From Candidatus Palauibacter sp. (lineage in GTDB: Bacteria; Gemmatimonadota; Gemmatimonadetes; Palauibacterales; Palauibacteraceae): 64,000 bases of DNA. The position numbers were made by a program, and so were the translations under genes. The DNA lies in the NCBI RefSeq assembly GCF_965213655.1, contig NZ_CBDBZT010000003.1, positions 1,927,733-1,991,732 on the forward strand. Reading direction: 5' to 3'. Shown here one piece after another: positions 9,558-18,675 of the stretch. Below the pieces are notes generated by a model that worked only from the letters and a program-made list of their open reading frames with translations, did no database searches and was not told where the DNA came from. Position 1 is the stretch's first letter. Each line of letters begins with the position of its first letter.

Positions 9558-11594
9558 TCACGGCAGGCCCAGCGCGACGTATTCGGCCGGATGGTCGCTG
9601 CCCCCGACCGCGACGACGATGTACTGCTTCCCCTCGTGCAGGTACGTCATCGGTCCGCCCGTCGTCCCCGACGGGAGTTCCGTCTCCCACACCACGTCGC
9701 CCGTCGCCTTGTCGTAGGCCCGGAACGTCGTCCCCCAGTGCGTGTTCGGTGTCCCGATCACGGCATCGCTCCCCTCGCCGATGAAGAGCAGCGACCCCGT
9801 CACGAGCGGCGCCGGCCGGTTCGCGTTCCCGAGCGGGGGAAGGTCCAGGTCCTCGAGGAGCGGATGGTCGTTGGGACCGTCGCCGTTCGCCGCCATCCAA
9901 AGGTGTTCGCCCCGGTTCATGTCGATCGCCGTGATCCGCCCCCACGGCGGTTTCACGATCGGGAGGCCCTCGATCTCGGCCCGCGGCCACCCTCCCTGCG
10001 TGCCGTACTCCATCTCGTCCGGTTCGGAGATCTCCGACAGGCTCCACACATTCGGGAGCGTGTGCGACACCGCGTAGTAGACACCCGTTTCCGGGTCGAA
10101 GGCGCCGGTGTTCCAGTTACCCGCCCCCCACGCGCCGGGGATGACATAGGTCCCGATCTTCCCTTCCACCGTCCCGTCCTGGTTCGGCGGCGTGAACAGC
10201 GGACCCATAATGAGCGAGTCGGCAAGCGCCAGCACCCGCTCGCGGATCTCCGGCGTGAAGTCGATCAGGTCTTCGGGCGTCACCCCCTGGCGGTCGAAGG
10301 CGGGCGGCCGGCTCGGAATCGGCTGCGTCGGCGAGGTCGCCTCGCCCGGCACCGTCGACTGCGGCACCTCCACCTCCTCGATCGGCCACACCGGCTCCCC
10401 GGTCCGGCGGTCGAAGGCGTACAGGAACGCCGTCTTGCTCGCCTGCATCACCGCGTCGATCGGGCGTCCGTCGACGTGGATCCGGCCCAGCACGGGCGGA
10501 CCCACGGTGTCGTACTCCCAGATGTCGTGGTGCACCATCTGGAAGTGCCACACCCGCTCGCCCGTCGCCGCGTCGAGCGCCACGAGGCTGTTCGAGAACA
10601 GGTTGTCGCCGGGCCGGTGCCCCCCGTAGTAGGCGGAGGTCGGCGCCGAGAGCGGCACGTAGACGTAGCCGAGTTCGTCGTCCGCGCTCAGGCAGCACCA
10701 CGAGCCCAGGTCGCCGGATTCCGCGAGCGACCCGTCGCCCCAGGTATCCGCCCCGAACTCCCCTTCCTCCGGAATCACGTGGAACGTCCACCGGAGACGG
10801 CCCGTGCGGGCGTCGAAGCCGCGTATGTCCTCCCGGACGCTCCCCCGCCACTCCGTCCCCCCATCTCCCGCCCCGTCCACCGTCCCCGCCAGGACGATGA
10901 CGTCGCCGACCACGATGGGCCCCGAACTCCAGCCGTACCGTCCGCCGGCGGGAAGCTGCAGATCCACCCGTCCCCCGTCTCCGAAGGACGTGATGGGCTC
11001 TCCGGTTTGAGCATCGAGCGCGTACATGGAGGGGCCCCGCACCGAGATGATCCGTCCGGTGGATTCACTGTTTCCGCCATCGCCACCGGTGTCACCGCTC
11101 CCGCCGGCCGCGCCGGAGCCCCGCCAGTAGGCCACGCCGCGGAAGCTCCGCCCCGTCGCGTCTTCCGACTCCGGCCGCTGGATCCAGCGCGTCTCCCCCG
11201 TCCCGGGATCGAAGGCTTCCACGAGGCCGACGCCATTGGGCGCGTAGAGCGTCCCCTCGATGAGGACGGGCGTCCCACGCAGGTAGCTGTTGACGTTCAG
11301 GTCCGGGAACTCGTCTGTCAGCGCCGCATCGACGGCCGGCCGCCGCCACAGGACCTGCACCGCCGCCACATGCTCGCGATCGATCTGCGTGAGGGGGGAA
11401 TACCGGTTGAAGGAGTTCTGTCCCCCGTAGTACGTCCACTCATCGCTAGGGGGCGGCAGCCGGTCGGCTCCACCGTCCGCGCACGCCGTGCTCACGAGCG
11501 CCGTGGCCAACCCCACGAACGCCAACGACCGGAAGGCGACGTTCCTCACATGAAGCGCGCTTGCCGGGTCGTCTGGCCATCGCCGTGCGTTCAT
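9558..11594 (-). CDS. PQQ-dependent dehydrogenase, methanol/ethanol (quinoprotein ADH) family
   Basis: Internal ATG at 11594 with GGAGGAG SD; signal/lipoprotein-like N-terminus ending ...ALVSTAC. WTYYGGQNSFNRYSPLTQIDREHVAAVQVLW matches the first propeller blade of quinoprotein ADHs. The vicinal Cys pair in GSWCCLS matches the adjacent disulfide of this family. Eight-bladed W-repeat pattern throughout. Confidence 0.85.
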   Translation of the reverse strand: MNARRWPDDPASALHVRNVAFRSLAFVGLATALVSTACADGGADRLPPPSDEWTYYGGQNSFNRYSPLTQIDREHVAAVQVLWRRPAVDAALTDEFPDLNVNSYLRGTPVLIEGTLYAPNGVGLVEAFDPGTGETRWIQRPESEDATGRSFRGVAYWRGSGAAGGSGDTGGDGGNSESTGRIISVRGPSMYALDAQTGEPITSFGDGGRVDLQLPAGGRYGWSSGPIVVGDVIVLAGTVDGAGDGGTEWRGSVREDIRGFDARTGRLRWTFHVIPEEGEFGADTWGDGSLAESGDLGSWCCLSADDELGYVYVPLSAPTSAYYGGHRPGDNLFSNSLVALDAATGERVWHFQMVHHDIWEYDTVGPPVLGRIHVDGRPIDAVMQASKTAFLYAFDRRTGEPVWPIEEVEVPQSTVPGEATSPTQPIPSRPPAFDRQGVTPEDLIDFTPEIRERVLALADSLIMGPLFTPPNQDGTVEGKIGTYVIPGAWGAGNWNTGAFDPETGVYYAVSHTLPNVWSLSEISEPDEMEYGTQGGWPRAEIEGLPIVKPPWGRITAIDMNRGEHLWMAANGDGPNDHPLLEDLDLPPLGNANRPAPLVTGSLLFIGEGSDAVIGTPNTHWGTTFRAYDKATGDVVWETELPSGTTGGPMTYLHEGKQYIVVAVGGSDHPAEYVALGLP

Positions 11595-11707
11595 GGACTC
11601 CTCCGTATTCCGCGCGCCCCGATCCCCGGCCCTCACTCGCTCCTGTGCGTACGTGTCCCTTCAAGATTGTTCTGGAACTCGCCCAGCGGGAGGGGTCGCG
11701 TGAGCAG

Positions 11708-11998
11708 ATGAGGTCGGACCGGATGAGGGAGATCAGCTATTCCAGGGCACGCCGTAACCTCGCGGCGCTGATGGATGAGGTCGTCGACGATTGTGAGCCG
11801 ATTCTGATACGTCGGCGCGGCAAGGAACCGGTCGCCCTGGTCGCGGCCGACGAACTCACGTCGTGGATGGAGACCGCCTACGTGCTCCGCTCACCCGCCA
11901 ACGCGCGGCACCTCCACGAGTCCATCGCCTCCGTTGAACGTGGTGAGGGTGAACTCATCGACGTCGATGAACTCGCCAAGCGGCTCGGCCTGGAGTGA
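11708..11998 (+). CDS. Phd/YefM-family type II antitoxin (apparently orphan)
   Basis: MREISYSRARRNLAALMDEVVDDCEPILIRRRGKEPVALVAADELTSWMETAYVLRSPANARHLHESIASVERGE is a textbook Phd/YefM fold sequence. The start is at ATG 11708 or 11723. The track's 11561 start adds an implausible P/R-rich leader. Confidence 0.7.
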   Translation: MRSDRMREISYSRARRNLAALMDEVVDDCEPILIRRRGKEPVALVAADELTSWMETAYVLRSPANARHLHESIASVERGEGELIDVDELAKRLGLE

Positions 11999-12071
11999 TG
12001 GCCGGCTGAACGACGTTCCCGCGGCAACGCTCACACTCGTGAAAAAAGGAGAGTTTGCGACCGGTCAGGGC

Positions 12072-13317
12072 TTACCGTCGCGAGATGCGGTATCGGTAGA
12101 GGTCGGGTGTCCCGAACTCGCCTTCGCGAACACCCCACACGTATTTCCTGCCGACGTAGCGTAAGCTCAAGTCTTCCGGCGCACCCACGTGGGCCAGTTC
12201 CTGCGTCATTGGATCAAAGACGCGCCATCTCATTCCATCAGCGTCCTGCTGCGCGACCCACGTCGTTCCGTCGGCAGCCATCAGCACCCCTCCGCCCAAC
12301 CAGTTGCGGGCGTCGGATCTGACGCCTGGAAGGTACTCGGGCGTATACAAGGCGTCCGCAATCGTTCTTCTCACGGACTCAATCTCCCCTGGCCCTGGCG
12401 GCGAATCCTTCGCTCACTCCATCAAGAAACGACTTGATTTCGCTCTTCTGCAGGTCGGCCGCGACGAACTCAACCGATCTGGCACCCCTTGTCCTGCCAT
12501 CCGTATCGAGCCACTGGAGCACGTAGCGCCCTGCCCTACGCTCCGTCCCACGACCCCTGACGACGACGAACCCATCCCCGTTCGGTGAGAACGCCAACAG
12601 GTCAATCGTTGACCACGGTTGCGGGGTCGCGGCGACGATCCCGCCGGGTAGCTCGAATTGGAGCCACAGGGTTGAGGCATCCAGTGCGACAACGTCGACG
12701 ACCCCGCCGGTCTCCGCCAAGAGCAGCGCGAGCTCTCGCTCGAACCGCCCCTCGGGTTCCGCTTCGGCCACTTGGGTGCTCCCCGCGGATTCCAGCAACA
12801 GGAACCGTCCACCAACCAGGAGCGCGATCGGCATCATCCCCAGACCCCGCGCCGATGAGGCGTCGGGGACGCGCCTTGCACCGACGATACGCCCTGCCAG
12901 GTCGAAGTAGTGTGCGAGCCGCTGTGCGCCGTCTATCGCCCAGAGGGTGTCGTTCTGGATGCCGATCGATGGTGTTATCCGGAATTCGCCGGGCCCGTCA
13001 CCCTCCCGGCCGACTGTTCCTCTGTAGTCTCCATCTGGTCCCAAGAGGTGGACTGCCACGTCGCCTGTCCCCGTAACGAACGCGGATCGGTCCGGTCCGA
13101 TGGCCACCGAGAGGATCCTGCCGAACGGCAACGAGTCCGATCCCGACAATCGCATCTCATCGACCAGACTCCAGGACTCAACCTGCCCGTTCAGTGCCTT
13201 GGCTGACACGCCCCACATCAGACTCAGGAAGCTGCCCAGGACCCCAAGGCGAGTCCATCGTCCCCTCCGAAACGTCGACCGAGTCACGGCCTCACCCTCC
13301 TGCGCATCGGGTATCAT
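12072..13317 (-). pseudogene. NHL-repeat 6-bladed beta-propeller protein, paralog 3, interrupted by a frameshift near 12374-12381
   Basis: ORF 12379-13317 (signal peptide, REGDGPGEF NHL motif) and ORF 12072-12374 (…GTPDLYRYRISRR, homologous to the C-terminus …GVPTVALYGLVAN of the 26868 paralog) are adjacent and in different frames. Together they span the length of the intact paralogs. Confidence 0.5.
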
Positions 13318-13417
13318 GCCATCGGATGTCCGTGGCGTTCCGCTGCCGTCTCGGGTTGCCTACGGCTCGTGCGGGCATCGTGGCGACAAGCGCTACGATG
13401 CAACGGCTACCGCTATC

Positions 13418-13441
13418 AACTAAGTATATAGTAGGGCACCC
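13418..13441 (-). promoter_or_regulatory. AT-rich promoter-like patch (TAAGTATATAGTA) about 100 nt upstream of the 13317 start
   Basis: Locally AT-rich sequence in a very GC-rich background, in the intergenic region between 13317 and 13639. Confidence 0.25.
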
Positions 13442-13638
13442 GACCGCGCGAACCCTGAGCAGAATCGACCATGAAGACGAGTCCCGCCCCCCCCGCGAAG
13501 AAGTCATCCCCGGGAAGGATCTTGTGTCTGAGTGGAAGCTGTTCCCCGCAGGGAAGCGGCCAGCAGGAGGGCCAACGTGGCAGCGACTCTCAATGTCGGC
13601 GTCGGCCGCTCCCTTTCACGCACCCGGGGGCCTGCGGT

Positions 13639-14034
13639 TCAGAGCTTCCCGCATTGGTCCAGCAAGCGCTCGGCGTCGGAGATCGCTTCACGGGCTGGCG
13701 CTATATCTTCATGCTCCCCAACCCTCGCGGCCTTCACCTGGATCACGTCGTCCACGCCGTCGTCCACCGTACCTGCGCTGATGTAGTTCACGACGAGCAC
13801 ATCTGTGAACAGACGACCCGTCGGGAAGGCTTCGCGCGTACGCATGCGCTCCGCTCTCACAAAGCCGAGTGAACGATCGCCGGCGGTGATCATGTATCCG
13901 AGACGCTGCACCGTCGTGCGCACGCAGTCGAGCCCACCGGCTTGCACACTTGCCGGACGTGTCATGATCAATGGTTGTGCCGCACAGGCCAACGTTGCCG
14001 TCACGGCCATTAACAGCGCTGCAAGGCGTCTCAT
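13639..14034 (-). CDS. small secreted hypothetical protein
   Basis: 131 aa starting at ATG 14034 with a clear signal peptide MRRLAALLMAVTATLACAAQP and balanced composition. I prefer it to the overlapping + ORF 13471-13872. Confidence 0.4.
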   Translation of the reverse strand: MRRLAALLMAVTATLACAAQPLIMTRPASVQAGGLDCVRTTVQRLGYMITAGDRSLGFVRAERMRTREAFPTGRLFTDVLVVNYISAGTVDDGVDDVIQVKAARVGEHEDIAPAREAISDAERLLDQCGKL

Positions 14035-14178
14035 CCATGCCCTCCCGAAGTCACGAGCCCGGTTTTCTCCGGAGCCGGAGGCCTTCCCGTCATCCCGATG
14101 ACGTGAGAGCGTCCGGCTAGGTCACATCCCTGGGAGATACCCGAGAGCGGCCGCCGGACCTGAGACGGTCGGTCGGCG

Positions 14179-16560
14179 TTACGGGACCAGCGGCTGGAGA
14201 CGCCCGAATTCGTACTCTGCGGGCGGCTCGGCGCCGAGGAGGTGGCGGACGAAGTAGTCCCAGCGGCGGCGCATCATGTAGGGCTCGTTGCCGAAGCCGT
14301 GGCCGCGGTTCGGGAAGAGCAGCAGGTCGAAGTCCTTGTTCGCGGCGATGAGGGCGTCCACGACGAGCATCGTGTTCGAGTGCGGGACGTTCGTGTCCAT
14401 CGTACCGTGCGCAATGAGGAGCTTGCCCTTGAGGTTCTCGGCCACGAGCTGGTTCGCCTGGTTGTCGTAGTTCGTGGCGCCGTCGGCGTACGTCTCGAGC
14501 AGCCCCTGGTACTTCTCTCCCCAGTCGTCCTCGTAGTTGCGGTTGTCGTGGTTCCCCGCCTGGGAGACGGCGACCTTGTAGAAGTCGGGGTAGCGCAGGA
14601 TCCCGGAGGTGGAGGCGAAGCCGCCGCCGGAATGGCCGTAGATCCCGACCCGGCCGATGTCGATCCAGGGGTGGCGCTCGGCGAGTTGACGGATGCCGGC
14701 GATCTGATCCGGGAGCCCGTTGTCGCCCATGTTCCCGTAGTAGGCGTCCTGGAACGTCTTCGAGCGCCTCGGTGTGCCCATCGCGTCGAGTTCGATGACC
14801 ACGAACCCGAGTTCGGCCAGCGACTGCAGATCTCGGTGCGCGGCGCGGAAGCTCCGGCTTCCCACGCTCCCGCTCTGCGGCCCCGGATACAGGTAGTTGA
14901 TCACGGGATACTGCGCGGCCTGGTCGAAGTTCGAGGGACGGAACATCAATCCGTACAGATCGGTTTCGCCGTCGCGGGCCTTCACCGTGAAGGGGGTGGG
15001 CGGCCGCCAGCCGGTCCGCTCGAGGCGTGAGATGTCTGCCCGTTGGACGGTCTGGAGAAGCTCGCCGTCCATGTCCCGGACGACCGTCACGGGCGGGCTC
15101 GTGGGCGTCGAGTACTGGTCGACGAACGTCTCCCCGTCGGGCGCCAGCCACGCCACGTGGTTCGCGCTGTCCGGCGTGAGCAGCGCGGCGTCGCCTCCCT
15201 CCAGCCGGGCGCGGTAGACATACGCGAAGTACGGATCGCCCGGCTCACGCCCGTTCCCGATGAAGAGGATGTCCCCCGCATCCTCGTCGACGCGGAGGAC
15301 GCGTTCCACATTCCAGGCGCCCGACGTCACCTGCCGCTTCAGTTCCCCGGTGTTCGCGTCGTAGAGATAGAGGTGCCCCCAGTCGTCGCGCTGCGAGTAC
15401 CAGAGGATCTCGTCGGAAGCGGAGAGGTAGCGCCAGTTTGCGTGCGACTCGAAGAACGTCTCCACGACCTCCTCGAACAGGTCGCGCACCTCGCCCGTGG
15501 CCGCGTCGGCGATGCGAACCAGGGCCCGCTTGTGGTCGCGTGAACTCGAGACGAAGACGAGACGCGAACCGTCGGCGCTCCACTCCACGTCGGAGAAGCT
15601 CCCGCGGCACGCCACGTGGTCGCACACCGTGGAGCGGTGCTGGTCGGGGGGCATGTCGAGGCGGACGAGGCGACTCCCCTCCGGGGCCTCCGTGTCGATC
15701 ACCACGCGGTGGATCCGGAAGATGACCGAGTCCTCCGGGAGCGGGTAGCGCCATGCCTCGAGTTCGGGGTGCCCGACCTCCGTCGTGACCATGTACATCA
15801 TCCCCACCCCGCGCCCGTCGTGCTGGAAGGTGGCGATGCGGCGCGAGTCCGGAGACCACTTGAGCACGGGACGGTCGCTCTTCACCCACCCCGCGTTGTT
15901 CGTCGCGTAGCCGAAGTCCTCGACCCCGTCCTCGGTGAGCTGCGTCGTCTCCCCGGTCGTCAGGTCGCGGAGCCACAGGTTGTGGTCGCGGATGAAGGCC
16001 GCCTTCGTCCCATCGGGCGACACGATGTCGAAGCGGCCGGCCGGCCTGGCCTCGGGCGACGGGACCGCCTCGCAGCGGTCGGGGTCGAGCCCACAGGCGT
16101 AGGTCTCTCCTTCGACCTCGACCTCGAAGCGGACCGACCCGGCCTCCAGGGCGAGATCTCCGAACGGGAGCGCGAAGGCGGTGTACTCCGCGCCGCTCGC
16201 CGCGGTGAGAACGGCGGCCATGCGCGCGTGGTCGAAGGCGCGCTCCCGCGTCCCCGCGGCCGGATCGACAATGACGTACTCGTTGCCACCCTCGAACCGG
16301 TTCCGATACCAGAACCGTCCGTTGTCCAGCCACACGGGGAGGACGGAAGCCCCGAGCACGAGCGGGTTCGTGTGGTTCCCGAGCCGCCCTTCCGCCCGCT
16401 CGTAGTCCGCCTCCGTCAGCGCGGCGGGCGCGTCCTGACCAGCCGCTGGCGATCCGCGAACAGAGAGCGCCGCCCCCAAGCCGCATACCACCACGGCGAG
16501 GCGATGGAACGCGAGACGTGTGGCTGCGGACGCGCAACGTGCATTCGGGACGAGAGCCAT
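14179..16560 (-). CDS. S9-family serine peptidase, dipeptidyl-peptidase IV-like
   Basis: DPP-IV-type N-terminal propeller plus a C-terminal alpha/beta-hydrolase with GYSGGGF (GxSxG) and a conserved HG...D tail. The start is ATG 16560 (signal peptide) or the track start 16608. The overlapping ORFs 14117-15151 and 15245-17275 are R-rich artefacts. Confidence 0.85.
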   Translation of the reverse strand: MALVPNARCASAATRLAFHRLAVVVCGLGAALSVRGSPAAGQDAPAALTEADYERAEGRLGNHTNPLVLGASVLPVWLDNGRFWYRNRFEGGNEYVIVDPAAGTRERAFDHARMAAVLTAASGAEYTAFALPFGDLALEAGSVRFEVEVEGETYACGLDPDRCEAVPSPEARPAGRFDIVSPDGTKAAFIRDHNLWLRDLTTGETTQLTEDGVEDFGYATNNAGWVKSDRPVLKWSPDSRRIATFQHDGRGVGMMYMVTTEVGHPELEAWRYPLPEDSVIFRIHRVVIDTEAPEGSRLVRLDMPPDQHRSTVCDHVACRGSFSDVEWSADGSRLVFVSSSRDHKRALVRIADAATGEVRDLFEEVVETFFESHANWRYLSASDEILWYSQRDDWGHLYLYDANTGELKRQVTSGAWNVERVLRVDEDAGDILFIGNGREPGDPYFAYVYRARLEGGDAALLTPDSANHVAWLAPDGETFVDQYSTPTSPPVTVVRDMDGELLQTVQRADISRLERTGWRPPTPFTVKARDGETDLYGLMFRPSNFDQAAQYPVINYLYPGPQSGSVGSRSFRAAHRDLQSLAELGFVVIELDAMGTPRRSKTFQDAYYGNMGDNGLPDQIAGIRQLAERHPWIDIGRVGIYGHSGGGFASTSGILRYPDFYKVAVSQAGNHDNRNYEDDWGEKYQGLLETYADGATNYDNQANQLVAENLKGKLLIAHGTMDTNVPHSNTMLVVDALIAANKDFDLLLFPNRGHGFGNEPYMMRRRWDYFVRHLLGAEPPAEYEFGRLQPLVP

Positions 16561-16750
16561 GGCGATCGACCTTCTTCCGATTGATACCTGGATGAACCGG
16601 ACCGCCAAGATGCTTGTTGTCGCAGGGCCCGGCCACGGTCGTTCGCGGGCGGTGGCAACCGCCTGCTTGTGGACACCACAGGATGAGGATTATGGTATGT
16701 ATGACACTAGATACCACATACGACAGAATCACCATTTCAGGAATCGTGCC

Positions 16751-17032
16751 ATGGCCATACCGGATCACGCAGCGGGCAACATGGTCGAATGCGAGCGGGT
16801 GGCGATCGACGCCGCGGGGCGGCTGGTCGTGCCCGGTAGATTCCGGAAGGCTCTGGGAATCCAGGGGCCACAGCACCTGGTCATTGGACTTGAGGGCGAT
16901 ACGCTTCGGCTGAGCACGACGGACGGTGTGATTCGCCGCTACCAGGAGCTGGCCCGACGGCGGAAGCGGACCCCCGGCAGTGTCGTGGATGCGTTTATTG
17001 CGGAGCGGCGTCGAGAGGCTGCCGAGGAGTGA
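16751..17032 (+). CDS. vapB: VapB-type antitoxin (AbrB/MazE/SpoVT swapped-hairpin DNA-binding domain)
   Basis: ATG 16751 with an AGGAA SD. MAIPDHAAGNMVECERVAIDAAGRLVVPGRFRKALGIQG... The stop overlaps the vapC start by 4 nt. Confidence 0.75.
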   Translation: MAIPDHAAGNMVECERVAIDAAGRLVVPGRFRKALGIQGPQHLVIGLEGDTLRLSTTDGVIRRYQELARRRKRTPGSVVDAFIAERRREAAEE

Positions 17033-17424
17033 TGCCGGCATCGGTGTTGCTGGATGCGTCGGCGCTCCTGGCCCTCGTTTTCGAGGAGGACGGGGCTCCG
17101 CAGGTTCGGGAAAACGTGCGTCGGGGCGCGGCGATCTCGGCCGTGAACGCCGCCGAGGTGGCTGCGCGTCTCGGCGGTGAAGGTTGGACGCCCGATGAAG
17201 TTGAGGGGTTCTTCGCTGAATCGAACATCGATGTGTTACCCTTCGATTCCTCGGCCGCACTTCTGAGCGGATCATATCGCCGGTTGACCCGGCACATCGG
17301 CCTGAGCCTGGGCGACAGAGCGTGCCTGGCCACCGCCCGGCAACTCGGCCTCACAACGCTCACCGCCGACAGGGTGTGGACCGAGTTGGAGCTGGACGGC
17401 GTCGACATCGTCTGCATCCGCTGA
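17029..17424 (+). CDS. vapC: PIN-domain toxin VapC
   Basis: 131 aa with the PIN signature (LLDASALLALVFEED..., acidic residues, ...LTADRVWTELELDGVDIV). It overlaps vapB in an ATGA arrangement. Confidence 0.85.
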   Translation: MMPASVLLDASALLALVFEEDGAPQVRENVRRGAAISAVNAAEVAARLGGEGWTPDEVEGFFAESNIDVLPFDSSAALLSGSYRRLTRHIGLSLGDRACLATARQLGLTTLTADRVWTELELDGVDIVCIR

Positions 17425-17489
17425 CCGCCGAAGTCTCCTGCCGCAGTCCCGTTCAACCGCGATCCGAGGCAGGCTTATCCGGGGATTTC

Positions 17490-18647
17490 CTACCTGTCGG
17501 TTTCGACGAGTTCGTAGAGGGCCACGGCGGGGACGCCGAACGCGTCGCGTTGCCGGACGAGCACCCAGTCCCGGCCGGCGTCGAGCAGGACAAAGCCGCC
17601 GGGCATCGTGAGGCGCCGCAGCCACACGCCGTCCCGGTCCAGGAGGTGCAGTTTCTCGCCGGGCGCCCGCCAGCGGTACGTCCTGATCCATATGCCCCCG
17701 TCCGGCAGGGCGAGGAGGGATTCGTAGGCGGGGAAGCGCTCGGGTAGGTACGCCCGCCTCTCCGGCCAGACCTCGCGCTCGAAGCGGCGGCGGCCCTCCC
17801 TGTCGGAATACCGGTCCAGACCCGAGAGGTAGTCCCGGTACCTGTCGACCTGCTGGTCGGTGACGGCGAGGTCCGGGCCGAGCCAGCGAGCGGTGCGGGT
17901 GACCCGGCCTGTCCAGTCCAGATGCTGCAGTTCGTAGTCGTCGGATGTACCGAACCATACGCCCGTGTCCACGGCTGCCAAGACCATGCTTCGTCCCCAG
18001 TAGCTCGGCATGACGCTGCCGCGGGAAATGCGGGTCCGCTCTGCGCCCGGAATCCCGGACTGCAGGACGGTCACGCTGTCGGTCACGGCAACCCTCAGAG
18101 ACACGCGCCAGCGCCACTGCTCGCCCACGGTCCGCTCCAAGACGCTTCGCCGATCCTCCGGCCACGGCGTGAAGACGAGGCGACCATCGGTTGAGCAGGC
18201 GGGTTCCCCGTACGGATTCACGCCGATGGAGTTGAGCGTGCGCGTGTCGACGACGTTGCCGTCGAGATCCAGTTGGGTGATGCGGTCCTGGACCCAGTCG
18301 AAGACGGTGACCGCCGCACCGGGGCAATTCCGCAGGAGGCGCAGGCCCCGGTATTCTCCGGGCCCGTCCCCTTCCCTCCCGTTCGTCCACAGGTGTCGTC
18401 CGTTCGCGTCGTATCGGCGCACGTTGTCGCTCTGCTCGTCCACGACGACGAAGCTGCCGTCGTCCAGACGAATGGCGCCCGTCACGTCGCCGAAGATGTA
18501 CTCGAGCGGACCATCGAGCGCGCCGATGCGGACCAGCGGCTTCTCGGCCAGCGTCAGATCGGGGTCGCGCGCTTCGGCGCTCTCTACGACATCCTGCGCC
18601 CCAATGGACGCGGCCGCGAAAGCTGCGAGAGTGAGCGTCGAGATCAT
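17490..18647 (-). CDS. secreted NHL-repeat 6-bladed beta-propeller protein, paralog 1
   Basis: Real start at ATG 18647 (MISTLTLAAFAAASIGAQD signal). The track's 18965 start adds an S/R/P-rich artefact. About 70% identical to the 26868-28052 product (PLVRIG.DGPLEYIFG.VTG..RL.DGS.VV.DEQS.N.RRYDANGRHLWT.GR.G.GPGEY.GLRLLRNCPGA...). Confidence 0.75.
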   Translation of the reverse strand: MISTLTLAAFAAASIGAQDVVESAEARDPDLTLAEKPLVRIGALDGPLEYIFGDVTGAIRLDDGSFVVVDEQSDNVRRYDANGRHLWTNGREGDGPGEYRGLRLLRNCPGAAVTVFDWVQDRITQLDLDGNVVDTRTLNSIGVNPYGEPACSTDGRLVFTPWPEDRRSVLERTVGEQWRWRVSLRVAVTDSVTVLQSGIPGAERTRISRGSVMPSYWGRSMVLAAVDTGVWFGTSDDYELQHLDWTGRVTRTARWLGPDLAVTDQQVDRYRDYLSGLDRYSDREGRRRFEREVWPERRAYLPERFPAYESLLALPDGGIWIRTYRWRAPGEKLHLLDRDGVWLRRLTMPGGFVLLDAGRDWVLVRQRDAFGVPAVALYELVETDR

Positions 18648-18675
18648 CGGCCGTGGATCACCGCAGTCGCCGCAG

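Noticed and set aside
11934-12164. 76-aa + ORF as the missing toxin partner of the Phd/YefM antitoxin
   Set aside because: It starts 64 nt inside the antitoxin gene and has no resemblance to YoeB/ParE/Doc. It is antisense to the propeller fragment.
12072-12374. 100-aa ORF as an independent gene
   Set aside because: Its sequence matches the C-terminal blade of the intact propeller paralogs. It abuts, in a different frame, ORF 12379-13317, which matches the N-terminal part. The best reading is one frameshifted gene.
13471-13872. 133-aa + ORF overlapping 13639-14034(-)
   Set aside because: Cys/Arg/Gln-rich with no signal or domain features. The - strand ORF has a clean signal peptide and normal composition.
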